Shown here piece after piece: positions 44,245 to 53,316 of a DNA stretch of 55,545 nt. Source of the DNA: Patescibacteria group bacterium (GTDB taxonomy: Bacteria > Patescibacteriota > Minisyncoccia > JACROR01); assembly GCA_038065295.1 (NCBI GenBank), contig JBBTRG010000005.1:1-55545 (forward strand), written 5' to 3'. The first letter of the stretch is position 1; every line of letters starts with the position of its first letter. A program made the translations under genes and the position numbers. The notes below the pieces were generated by a model, which was not told the DNA's origin, ran no database searches, and saw only the letters and a program-made list of their open reading frames with translations.

Positions 44245-45771
44245 TTAATCCTCGTTGCCGCGCCATCGATTACCGATACTCGCCTTGAGCCGCATGGCAA
44301 CATGTTCTTCGGTATTTACGGATCGCCACGCCCAGTCACGCAACTCCAAAATTCGCTCCGGTGCCACCACGGTATTTTGCATAACAGCATTCTTCCAATT
44401 CATAGCGTCCGGATCAAAATCTCTATCTAGATGTCCGCCCTGAATTGCCATTTCAAATAGCTTACTGCCGGGAAAAGGGATAGGAATAAAGAATGTGCAA
44501 TAAGCGGCACCGGCTTCCACCAAGCGCCTACCCAGTTCCACGCTTTGCATCATCTCCGCTTCGGTCTCATCCGGAAAACCGATCATCATATTAACCGGAC
44601 AGGTTATGCCAATACTAGAAGCGGTGCGCATAAGATCAACCACATCAAAAGTCTGCAAATTAAGCTTCGCGGTAGCGTATTTGTCCAAGATCCTCTGCGA
44701 TCCCGATTCCACCGGAAAAACTATCTGATTAAATCCTGATGACTTGAGTAACTCTAGATATTCTATGTCCGGCTCCATCTTGCCGTCCGCTCCTCGCTTT
44801 TGGAAATGGGCCAAATTGACACCGTTCACATCGGCGATCTCAAGACCCATGCCGGTCAACTGGCCGAATATGGTTTTTACTCTCGCCTTTTTCGCCAATA
44901 AGCTGTCATCTTCAAAATATAGCTTTTTCACCCCCAGAGAACGCAAAATTGCGATCTCCTCCATCACTCTTCCCACCGACTTAAGTCTAAGCGCTCCCGT
45001 GCCATTTTCGTCGTCATCTTTTTCCATGGAAATATGACAATAAGTACAACGGAAAGGACAACCGCGCGAAGTCATTATAGGAGCATAACGCGTTCCAATT
45101 GAAGGTATAACGCTATGCGGAGAAGCGATGCGATCATAATGAACAAAGGGTAATTTGTGCCACGCCGGCATGGGCAGTCCATCCAACTTGGAATAATAGT
45201 CGTCTTGTCCGTACGCATTTTTGACATACTGGCCATCTTTTTTGTGCGTAATACCAGGTACCCCGCTAAAATCATGGCCAAGCGCTAGATTTGACAATAG
45301 ACGCACGATGATCTTTTCACTCTCCGTCATACAAATTACGTCTACATTGCCGCTGTCTAGAAAACGCCTCGGCATATTACGGGCGTTCACTCCTCCGGCT
45401 ATCACCAAAATGGAAGGATTAATCTGCTTAACGGCAGAAGCAACCTCCAAAGCCATTCTTGTCTGAGGAGTAAAGTTGGAACTTATGCCAACAACATCAT
45501 AGTCGCCATTTGCGACCACTTCCTTGATACGCCCTATAGACATGCCTATGCGCACCAAACCGTTTGGCTGCATAATACTTTTATAAAAAGTGTCTTCCAG
45601 CCTGTCTTCCATCGTACCGACGGAAGCATCTAGAATATCGGTTTCAAAACCGGCCAGCTCCAGGGCTCCAGCTAAATAAAGCGGACCCAAAGAACCATCT
45701 GGCCTTGGCGTTTCAATCGACATCAGTTGATTGGGCGGATAAACAAGCAAAACTTTGAGATGCTTGATCAC
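44245..45771 (-). CDS. B12-binding-domain radical SAM protein (class B, methyltransferase-like)
   Basis: N-terminal B12-like domain (LKVLLVYPP..., DVVGISSNF, ILVIAGGV) and a canonical SRGCPFRCTYCH cluster motif. The protein is 508 aa. Confidence 0.85.
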   Translation of the reverse strand: MIKHLKVLLVYPPNQLMSIETPRPDGSLGPLYLAGALELAGFETDILDASVGTMEDRLEDTFYKSIMQPNGLVRIGMSIGRIKEVVANGDYDVVGISSNFTPQTRMALEVASAVKQINPSILVIAGGVNARNMPRRFLDSGNVDVICMTESEKIIVRLLSNLALGHDFSGVPGITHKKDGQYVKNAYGQDDYYSKLDGLPMPAWHKLPFVHYDRIASPHSVIPSIGTRYAPIMTSRGCPFRCTYCHISMEKDDDENGTGALRLKSVGRVMEEIAILRSLGVKKLYFEDDSLLAKKARVKTIFGQLTGMGLEIADVNGVNLAHFQKRGADGKMEPDIEYLELLKSSGFNQIVFPVESGSQRILDKYATAKLNLQTFDVVDLMRTASSIGITCPVNMMIGFPDETEAEMMQSVELGRRLVEAGAAYCTFFIPIPFPGSKLFEMAIQGGHLDRDFDPDAMNWKNAVMQNTVVAPERILELRDWAWRSVNTEEHVAMRLKASIGNRWRGNED

Positions 45772-45825
45772 GATAGACCTCCTTGTTAAAGAACCTGACT
45801 ATGTATAAGTATCTTTAAAAAAAGA

Positions 45826-46497
45826 TTACTTACTTTTATTGAATTTGTCAACCTCTGCTTTGGTAGAAAAAGACAGATTATCTCTACCTTGCACTGCCAC
45901 CACCTTATGATTTTTTATAAATTTTTTCATCATGGAAGACACAGGATACTCTCCGCTACGATGCCGAACCGGCTTGTATCGGAAAATATCCGCATTGATC
46001 ACCATCAGACCGCCCACCACAAAATTGGACGCTGGATGTTTTGGTTTTTCCACAACATCAATCAGTCTTCCGCGCCTAAGAGTGGCCACCCCCGACTCTT
46101 CCGGCTTATCATAATATCTGGAAAGCCAGCTAAATTCATGTGCCAAACAATCGCGAATTTCTTTTTTAGTCACCAGCTCATCCGCGTAAATAAGCAAAAA
46201 ACGCTCCTTATTTTTAAAATACGGCCTGGCAAGCAAAGTGGCCGGACCGGTTCCATTATTTTTTTTCTGAACTACATAATAAACTTTTTTGCCCGCATAC
46301 TTGTTTCCCAAAAACTCTTTAATTTGAGCCCTCTTATGCCCAATCACAACAAGAACCTCATCTACTTCGCTCGGTAGGGCGTGAAAAATATGTTCTAAGA
46401 AAGTTTTACCGCCAACTTTTAACAAAGATTTCGGTTTGGTTAAAGTGAGCGGGCGCATTCTTTTTCCCTTACCCGCCGCTAAAACAACCGCCTTCAT
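45826..46497 (-). CDS. hddC: sugar-1-phosphate nucleotidyltransferase, heptose-1-phosphate guanylyltransferase-like
   Basis: [28 protein letters not shown]; 223 aa. Size and context fit HddC, but nucleotide specificity is not readable from sequence. Confidence 0.6.
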   Translation of the reverse strand: MKAVVLAAGKGKRMRPLTLTKPKSLLKVGGKTFLEHIFHALPSEVDEVLVVIGHKRAQIKEFLGNKYAGKKVYYVVQKKNNGTGPATLLARPYFKNKERFLLIYADELVTKKEIRDCLAHEFSWLSRYYDKPEESGVATLRRGRLIDVVEKPKHPASNFVVGGLMVINADIFRYKPVRHRSGEYPVSSMMKKFIKNHKVVAVQGRDNLSFSTKAEVDKFNKSK

Positions 46498-47606
46498 GTG
46501 TTTTTATTTTTATATTCCTGAATACTGCTCACCACATACTCGATCTCTTTTTCTTCCAGCTCTGGAAAAACCGGGAGCGACAAAATTTCTTCAGCCGCGG
46601 TTTCAGTAACTGGAAAATCTCCTTTTTTGTAGCCAAGTTCTTTATAGGCCGGCTGGAGATGGATTGGAATGGGATAGTGCGCAAGAACGAAAATCTGTTT
46701 ATTCCGGAGATGCTCCATCAACCCATCCCTCTTTTTGTCCCTAATAACATACAAATGAAAGACCGGCTCAACATAATCCAGAGTTGTCGGCGTTACAACA
46801 TCCGACCCCCTCAGTAGTTTATTGTACAGTTTGGCGTTCTTACTGCGCGCGGCATTCCACCCGTCAAGATACTTCAATTTTACCCGCAGTATCGCTGCCT
46901 GTATGGCATCCAGCCGCGAATTAACCCCACCCTTAATCAGATAGTGGTCTCTTTCTTTTCCTCCGTACATCCTATACATTAACGCCAGATCAGCGAGCCC
47001 TTGGTCGTTCGTAACTATGGCGCCGCCATCTCCGTATGCTCCCAAATTTTTCCCAGGAAAAAAACTAAACGCGGCAATATCCCCCAACCCGCCCACTTTC
47101 TTTCCCCTGTATTTAGCTCCATGCGCCTGACACGCGTCTTCTAAAATTCTAAGATTGTGCTTCGCGGCAATTTTTTTTATCGGATCCATATCCGCCGGCT
47201 GACCATACAGATGAACCGGAATAATTGCTTTGGTCCTGGGAGTAATTTTTTCTTCTATTTTCAAAACGTCAATATTATACGTTTCGGAATCTATATCCAC
47301 AAAAACGGGCTTCGCGCCTAATGTAGAAATGCATAATGCCGTAGCCACAAAAGAGTTAGGAACGGTAATAACTTCGTCTCCGGGCTGAATGCCGAGCGCC
47401 TTTAAAGATAAAATTAAGGCATCTGTTCCTGACGCCACGCCCACGCAATATTTCACATCACAAAATTCCGCAAACTCTCGTTCAAAACTCTTAAGCTCTT
47501 CGCCCAAGATATAATCTCCATTATCGAGCATCTTCTGAATAGCGGCATCAAGCTCTTTTTTATAGCATCGATACTGCCTTCGCAGATCAACAAAATCAAT
47601 CTTCAT
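46494..47606 (-). CDS. DegT/DnrJ/EryC1 family sugar aminotransferase
   Basis: [33 protein letters not shown], with the PLP Lys in [15 protein letters not shown]. Confidence 0.9.
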   Translation of the reverse strand: MKIDFVDLRRQYRCYKKELDAAIQKMLDNGDYILGEELKSFEREFAEFCDVKYCVGVASGTDALILSLKALGIQPGDEVITVPNSFVATALCISTLGAKPVFVDIDSETYNIDVLKIEEKITPRTKAIIPVHLYGQPADMDPIKKIAAKHNLRILEDACQAHGAKYRGKKVGGLGDIAAFSFFPGKNLGAYGDGGAIVTNDQGLADLALMYRMYGGKERDHYLIKGGVNSRLDAIQAAILRVKLKYLDGWNAARSKNAKLYNKLLRGSDVVTPTTLDYVEPVFHLYVIRDKKRDGLMEHLRNKQIFVLAHYPIPIHLQPAYKELGYKKGDFPVTETAAEEILSLPVFPELEEKEIEYVVSSIQEYKNKNT

Positions 47607-47616
47607 ATAATCTTAA

Positions 47617-48303
47617 TTACGTTTTAAAAACAAAAATTTTATAACCGAAAAAATTGCCAAAAAATGCTACCGGTATCAACATGACAAAAGCCATGTTTGC
47701 CCATATTTTTGAATCAATTCCCTGTGGCGCCCCTATGGTGTTAATTATTATATGCAATAAAAAGATGTTTAGTAAAGAAGTTGCGGTTGTTACGGTAAAA
47801 AACTTAACATATTCTATCTTTGTCTGATTAATATGATGGGCCCCGAAAGTCCAAAATTTCTGCCAAAAAAAACTTTGAGTTATCGTAATGGCAAAGGCAA
47901 TGGCAAAAAAAATATCCGCAAGCCATCCTTCGGCAATACCAGTAATTAAAATAAGAACATTAAAAATCCCCGCACTCAAAAAAGTATTCAACCAACCAAT
48001 AATGCCATACTTACCTATCTTAAAAAGAATGGGCCACTTATAAACAGCAAGGCGATAACTTAAATAAAGGCTCGCAACGGAAATAGCTGGCATAAAAATC
48101 ATCCATAATGCCAAAACTAAATAGGCCGGCCATTGATCTCGCAAAACAGCCAGCTCAAAAAAGCCTAAATTTTTCCATACTGGCAGACTTAAAAGCGCTA
48201 TAAGTTCTCCGGCGATAATGGCGCTCCAAAAATCTGTTTTTGAAAATTTTATCCCCTTAGAAATTTCGTTTGTAACGAAATTGGCCTCATCAAAACTTTG
48301 CAT
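47617..48303 (-). CDS. GtrA-like membrane protein with N-terminal two-helix extension
   Basis: The C-terminal ~130 aa (FKIGKYGIIGWLNTFLSAGIFNVLI...FFGYKIFVF) fit the 4-TM GtrA pattern. The preceding ~90 aa add extra helices. Confidence 0.65.
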   Translation of the reverse strand: MQSFDEANFVTNEISKGIKFSKTDFWSAIIAGELIALLSLPVWKNLGFFELAVLRDQWPAYLVLALWMIFMPAISVASLYLSYRLAVYKWPILFKIGKYGIIGWLNTFLSAGIFNVLILITGIAEGWLADIFFAIAFAITITQSFFWQKFWTFGAHHINQTKIEYVKFFTVTTATSLLNIFLLHIIINTIGAPQGIDSKIWANMAFVMLIPVAFFGNFFGYKIFVFKT

Positions 48304-48313
48304 AAGCGCTTTT

Positions 48314-50077
48314 TTAATCTAATCTGTAAATAGCCACCACCGGCCCCGCATGATTCATTTTCCTCAAATTGTAAAAAGGATGCCTCCAGATTTCTAAATC
48401 CATACTAAATGTACTTGGACCAGCGTTAGCAGGAAAAATCTTAATTAAATTTTCTTCTTTTACATGAAACTGGCGGGCTTCTTCTATTGCTTTCATGTAC
48501 TTTGCCTGATCGCCCCAACTGATTACGGCATAATCAAAATGCTTGTTTAAAACCTCGGCGGAGACGCCTTCTCTGTAATTAGACATCATTAAAACATAGT
48601 AATTCGGCTTAGGATATTTATCATCGCCGACTGACAATAAATAATCCTGCCCTCTTAAGAAAAAACCTGGCGTATAAATCTTGACATCCTGTATTGACTC
48701 TCTGTTTTCATTTATGGGCACCGGGCTGAAATTAACTATTCTGACTCCCTGCGGAAGATTATTGTGGATCCATTCTTTAGCCAAAACTATGGAGCCTGGT
48801 TGTATTAACCAATAATCCCATAAAGCCACTAAGTATACTGGATATAAAAAAACAATGGTTAGTAAAAAAATTTTTATCCCATAAAAAATAACGCTTACGG
48901 TAAAATTTATTTTTTTACTAATAAAATTATTCTTATAAAAATAATAAATGCCGTAAGCAGATATTATAGCCATAAAAGGTATAATCGGTACAATATAATG
49001 TTCTTTTATGCTGTTGCTCCCAACCACCGGACCTATGACAAAATAATAACCCAATATAAAAGAACTGAATATATAAAATAAATTTCTTTTATATAAGAAA
49101 AAGGGGATTAAACTTAAAATAAATATTATCGTGAGTGTCGGTCCGGTTTCGAATAATACTTTTCCGTAATCGGTCATGCTTGTCCAAAAATCAATGCTGC
49201 CTGTCATGCCCGACACGTCGCCGACTACCGCCGTCCCCGCTTTTATTGATTGACCAACATAATTTATAAACCCGTAAGGATTGAGATAATAAACGAATAA
49301 AATCATCATGATAACGACTAAATTGAAAAGCCAGAAATTTTTGTTTTTTATAAAAATATCCCCGAATGGTTTTTCTTTATTTTTCAAATAATGAGCCGTT
49401 AAAAATGGCAAATAAATTAATATGCCGATAAAATGTGTACCAAAAGAAATGCCGGTTAAAAGCGCTATTTTGAGATAATCTCTGAATCTAGTGTATTCTT
49501 TTTCGTAAAAATCCAAAATAAAATGGAAGGTGACTAAAATCACAAATATCTGAGGAAGCCACACTCGACCGAAATGAGACAATTCTACAAATATAAGATT
49601 GGTGGCAAGCAAAAACGAAGCAGCCAAAGAAATGAACCTGTTGTTAAACAGCCTTTCACAAATTCTGTAAACCAAATACACCGAAACCGCCCCCAAGCAT
49701 ACCGAAATAAATCTCGCCATTGGCAACAATTTTCCATAATGCAGTATGCCAAACTCCTTCAACGCTTCTAAGCTGGTAAACAGGCCGGAAAACCTCAAAA
49801 AGGCGAGTAAAGCAATAAAAAACGGCAAATAGATATAGGCACCTAAAGGCATGTGATACATGGTCGGGTAATCCGGCCTCAAGGAGGGTTCGGCTATCAT
49901 TTTCAAAGTAGCCGCCATAAGCACCGTTTCATCGGCGACCGTATTCGGCAATGGGTAATTATAAAAAATGCCCACGACATTCAACACGACAAATAATACT
50001 AAAATAAAAACTATGCCATATTTTTCTAATACAGCGGAGCCGAATATGCTGATTATTCTTGATAGATTCATAAACAT
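48314..50077 (-). CDS. GT-C fold glycosyltransferase (ArnT/PMT-like, GT39/GT83 type)
   Basis: 587 aa with a loop-1 motif VADETVLMAATLKM (DE...A..M), more than 10 TM helices and a soluble C-terminal domain. Confidence 0.7.
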   Translation of the reverse strand: MFMNLSRIISIFGSAVLEKYGIVFILVLFVVLNVVGIFYNYPLPNTVADETVLMAATLKMIAEPSLRPDYPTMYHMPLGAYIYLPFFIALLAFLRFSGLFTSLEALKEFGILHYGKLLPMARFISVCLGAVSVYLVYRICERLFNNRFISLAASFLLATNLIFVELSHFGRVWLPQIFVILVTFHFILDFYEKEYTRFRDYLKIALLTGISFGTHFIGILIYLPFLTAHYLKNKEKPFGDIFIKNKNFWLFNLVVIMMILFVYYLNPYGFINYVGQSIKAGTAVVGDVSGMTGSIDFWTSMTDYGKVLFETGPTLTIIFILSLIPFFLYKRNLFYIFSSFILGYYFVIGPVVGSNSIKEHYIVPIIPFMAIISAYGIYYFYKNNFISKKINFTVSVIFYGIKIFLLTIVFLYPVYLVALWDYWLIQPGSIVLAKEWIHNNLPQGVRIVNFSPVPINENRESIQDVKIYTPGFFLRGQDYLLSVGDDKYPKPNYYVLMMSNYREGVSAEVLNKHFDYAVISWGDQAKYMKAIEEARQFHVKEENLIKIFPANAGPSTFSMDLEIWRHPFYNLRKMNHAGPVVAIYRLD

Positions 50078-50379
50078 TAAACGACTCCGGGCTTATCCAA
50101 AGTATTTTTTTTATGATTTCTGCGAATTAAAACTAAATTTCTGATGTAAATCGTTAAAGCAAGGCCCTGCCCCAAAATAAACACCGGATCTTTGATGTGC
50201 AGGGCGTAAATCAAAATTATCAAACCGCCCACAATACTAAAATACCAAAATGTTATCGGCACTACGCTGTTGCCAGCCCTCTCCGAGGCGATCCATTGCA
50301 CGATAAACCGCATAAAAAATGCGAATTGTCCAACTAATCCCAAAATGAGCCAAAAATTTATATCAAAACCAAACAACAT
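50077..50379 (-). CDS. LAB_N (lipid-A-disaccharide synthase N-terminal-like) small membrane protein
   Basis: 100 aa with 3 TM helices. GLVGQFAFFMRFIVQWIASE...PITFWYFSIVGG is the LAB_N pattern commonly paired with ArnC-like GT2. Confidence 0.65.
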   Translation of the reverse strand: MLFGFDINFWLILGLVGQFAFFMRFIVQWIASERAGNSVVPITFWYFSIVGGLIILIYALHIKDPVFILGQGLALTIYIRNLVLIRRNHKKNTLDKPGVV

Positions 50380-50382
50380 AAA

Positions 50383-51333
50383 TTAGTTATTTTGAATTCT
50401 ATCCTGAATATCATAGACCTTGTCTTTGGTTACAGCAAAATAGTTTTTAGCAAGCATGTCAGCCAAAAGTCCAAACACTAAAAACTGCGTGCCAATTAAA
50501 AATGCGAACAAGGTGAGTTGCGTTAAAACTGTATCGGATAAATCTAAACCGTAAAATAGTTTTTGATATGTGACCCAAATGCCTGCAAAAATGGAAATTA
50601 TGATTAAAAATAGACCAAAGCCTCCAAATAAATGTAGCGGCCTACTGGCATATTTTTTCCAAAACCACACAGACAACATATCCAATATCCCTCTTATGCC
50701 TCTACGCCAATTATATTTAGTTTGGCCGGTCTTTCTTGGTCGATGATTAACGACAATTTCCCCTATTTTAAATCCTTTAATATTGAGGATGGCGGGAATA
50801 AAACGATGCATTTCGCCAACCAAATCCACGCTCTTAAAGCACTCGCTTTTATAAATTTTAAGCGTGCAACCGCTATCATGTATGCCATCATTGAGAAGAA
50901 TCCTCCTAATAATCGCTGCGCACCTTGAGGCGAAACGCTTTGAAAATGTATCTTTACGATTTTTTCTCCATCCAGACACTATATCCAATTTTTCTCCCTC
51001 CAACGCCTCAATTAACTTTGGTATATCAGATGGATCATTTTGTCCATCCCCATCCATAGTAACAATATATTCTCCGATAGATGCTTTAATGCCGGCGTCT
51101 ATCGCGGCAGTCTGCCCAAAATTTCTACGAAAACGAATAATTTTTATAGGTGATAATTTTCTAAGATTCTCAAATGTTTTATCCGTTGAACCGTCGTCAA
51201 TGAAAATAATCTCGTAGCCACATCCAAGCCCTTGCAAAACCTGTATAACTTCTTTATGTAATTCGGTTACCGAATTCTGCTCATTATAAACCGGAATTAC
51301 TAAGGATATTTTCATTTGGAGCGGCGGTACCAT
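50383..51333 (-). CDS. GT2 polyprenol-phosphate glycosyltransferase (ArnC/GtrB-like)
   Basis: ISLVIPVYNEQNSV, IIFIDDGSTDKT, IVTMDGDGQNDP, and two C-terminal TMs. An alternative start is ATG 51315 (MKISLV). Confidence 0.85.
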   Translation of the reverse strand: MVPPLQMKISLVIPVYNEQNSVTELHKEVIQVLQGLGCGYEIIFIDDGSTDKTFENLRKLSPIKIIRFRRNFGQTAAIDAGIKASIGEYIVTMDGDGQNDPSDIPKLIEALEGEKLDIVSGWRKNRKDTFSKRFASRCAAIIRRILLNDGIHDSGCTLKIYKSECFKSVDLVGEMHRFIPAILNIKGFKIGEIVVNHRPRKTGQTKYNWRRGIRGILDMLSVWFWKKYASRPLHLFGGFGLFLIIISIFAGIWVTYQKLFYGLDLSDTVLTQLTLFAFLIGTQFLVFGLLADMLAKNYFAVTKDKVYDIQDRIQNN

Positions 51334-51456
51334 TTGACTTAATATTTACATTATAAATCTGACTAATGTAACTAGAGTAAATCTCCTTTTGTTTTTCATC
51401 AGAATCAATCGCCAACTTATAAAGTTTATCACGATTATCAGATCATGCCAATAATT

Positions 51457-52647
51457 TTATGCCTCTGGCATATCACCGTAATCACGAATTTTCAACACCG
51501 AAAGGTAAAGCAGGCTGAAAACGGCCGCTACTAGAAAAGTTGCCCGGAAAGGGTGGTAATCCGCCACAAAAATCAGCATTAAAAACGGCGTCATCGCAAC
51601 ACGACTCAAATTATACACAACTTCCCTCTGCACGATGAATTTGAAATAATCGCGCCGAGACGCCAAATCGTAAGAGTACGCCGCCAAGGGAATCTGCAAA
51701 GCCCTGCCGGTTAATCGTTTATAGGTGTCAATAAAGGCAACGGAAATAAAATCCTGCACGAACATCTTGCCGATCCAGCCCCAAAAATACAGTATGGTAC
51801 TCCATTTCAAGAACGGACGCCAATGCTGACGATCCGTAGCGTGTCCGACAAAATAAAAAATCAAAAGAGTGGCGGCAGTAGACAGCGTAGTCACTGCCCC
51901 CACCCCTTCTGTGCCCGCCAAAAGCAAAAATATAAAAACCGGCCAAATAACAGAACCGATCCATGATTCAATGGCATAACCGGCAAAACTGGAAAATAAC
52001 GAAAAATTCTCATAGTGAAAAATTTCTCCGAATAAACTTTTAGAATCAAACGAAAGCGGCTCGTGGCGATCGGGACTCAAAAAAAGCGGCACCGTTGATG
52101 CGACAAGCAACGCCGTCCCAATACCGAACAAAATCTGAAAATCAAAAAATTTGATAATCAGACCGCCGAACAGTGGCGCCAAAGCGCCGGTTAACAACGC
52201 AGAACTCTGCAAGAGAGAAATCTGTTTGCCACGATTGCCGACATCGGAATGTTCAACAAAATTCAAATGAAAGCTGAAATTGTAAAGCACGGTTTTCATC
52301 GCAATAATCGTTGGGAGAATATAGAATAAAATTGGATACGACGGTAAAAATTGCAGACCGATGAAATAACCTATTAAAATTGGCATAGAAGCCAATTCCG
52401 TATGCTTGACCCCCAGGTGAGACACTATCTGCGCCCCCAAAAAAGAAAACAAAACAAATGCCAGGGAAAACAGAAAAAAATACAGTAAAATATGGGGCAT
52501 GGAATATCCGAGCTGGTACAGATAAATAGGAACGAAAACCGAAATCAGCCCCAAAGCAAAATTCAAAATGCCGTAAGAAATGTAGATCTCGTTCATTTCC
52601 TTGTTGCGGAAAAAATTGTGAAGATAATGGGGCGACAGCAAAGACAT
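51457..52647 (-). CDS. MFS-like 12-TM transporter
   Basis: 396 aa of two six-helix halves separated by a loop (FVEHSDVGNRGKQIS). Confidence 0.55.
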   Translation of the reverse strand: MSLLSPHYLHNFFRNKEMNEIYISYGILNFALGLISVFVPIYLYQLGYSMPHILLYFFLFSLAFVLFSFLGAQIVSHLGVKHTELASMPILIGYFIGLQFLPSYPILFYILPTIIAMKTVLYNFSFHLNFVEHSDVGNRGKQISLLQSSALLTGALAPLFGGLIIKFFDFQILFGIGTALLVASTVPLFLSPDRHEPLSFDSKSLFGEIFHYENFSLFSSFAGYAIESWIGSVIWPVFIFLLLAGTEGVGAVTTLSTAATLLIFYFVGHATDRQHWRPFLKWSTILYFWGWIGKMFVQDFISVAFIDTYKRLTGRALQIPLAAYSYDLASRRDYFKFIVQREVVYNLSRVAMTPFLMLIFVADYHPFRATFLVAAVFSLLYLSVLKIRDYGDMPEA

Positions 52648-52653
52648 AATGAT

Positions 52654-53316
52654 CTACGCGGAAAAACTGAAAAATAATCCCAAAGCGAATTTTTCACGAG
52701 ACATATGTGGCTTCAGCATAAAAATAATTTTATCTAGAAAGAACACGCAGGGCAACATCATAATTTTAACAATTCTTGGCAGCATAAATTCTATCTGAGC
52801 ATAGGCCGCGCACATCGGCCCGCGCCCCAAAACTTTTATTTCAATATCGTGAAATCCCTGCTCGTCAAACATCTTACTCAACGCCTCGCTGGTATAACGC
52901 CGGTAATCGCGGGGGTCGGGGTGATATCCCACCAAAAACGGTACCGCGCCAAACACGCGTCCGTTAGTTTTAAGCGTCTTTCGAATTTCTGACAATAAAA
53001 AAGTATGGTTATAAATATGCTCCAAAACATTGAAAATCAATACCATATCCGCGGAATGATCGGCATGCGGCAAGGAATCACGCTCTAAGTCTATCGGAGA
53101 GCCGCCGTGAGCGGAGCCGAAACCCAAATCCAGCGCCACCACCTCCGCATCATCGGCTTTTCTGAAAAAACGGTGATAACTTGCCTTATTCAGTCCGCTG
53201 CCGACATCAAGCACACGGCCTTTTAGCGTACGGCTCCTACACTCTAGATTCATGAAAATCCTGTACAAATCCTTGCCGCGCCATATTTCTTTTATAAAAA
53301 TAACCGCATCCGTCAT
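52654..53316 (-). CDS. class I SAM methyltransferase
   Basis: VLDVGSGLNK, ADMVLIFNVLEHI, LKTNGRVFGAVPF. Confidence 0.75.
   Translation of the reverse strand: MTDAVIFIKEIWRGKDLYRIFMNLECRSRTLKGRVLDVGSGLNKASYHRFFRKADDAEVVALDLGFGSAHGGSPIDLERDSLPHADHSADMVLIFNVLEHIYNHTFLLSEIRKTLKTNGRVFGAVPFLVGYHPDPRDYRRYTSEALSKMFDEQGFHDIEIKVLGRGPMCAAYAQIEFMLPRIVKIMMLPCVFFLDKIIFMLKPHMSREKFALGLFFSFSA

Noticed and set aside
48314-50077. 'LWDYW' after the last TM helix of the 587-aa GT-C protein, reminiscent of the STT3/PglB/AglB WWDYG motif. This raised the possibility of an N-oligosaccharyltransferase acting on the N-x-S/T-rich secreted proteins.
   Set aside because: The motif is inexact. Loop 1 carries the ArnT/PMT-type DE...A..M signature rather than the STT3 pattern. 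The gene also sits in a GtrA/GT2/LAB_N lipid-carrier module.
51334-51456. A 17-codon minus-strand mini-ORF (MKNKRRFTLVTLVRFIM) containing an AAAGGAG in the spacer upstream of the GT2 gene.
   Set aside because: It is too short, shows no conservation or signal that I can evaluate, and lies in an AT-rich spacer where such ORFs arise by chance.
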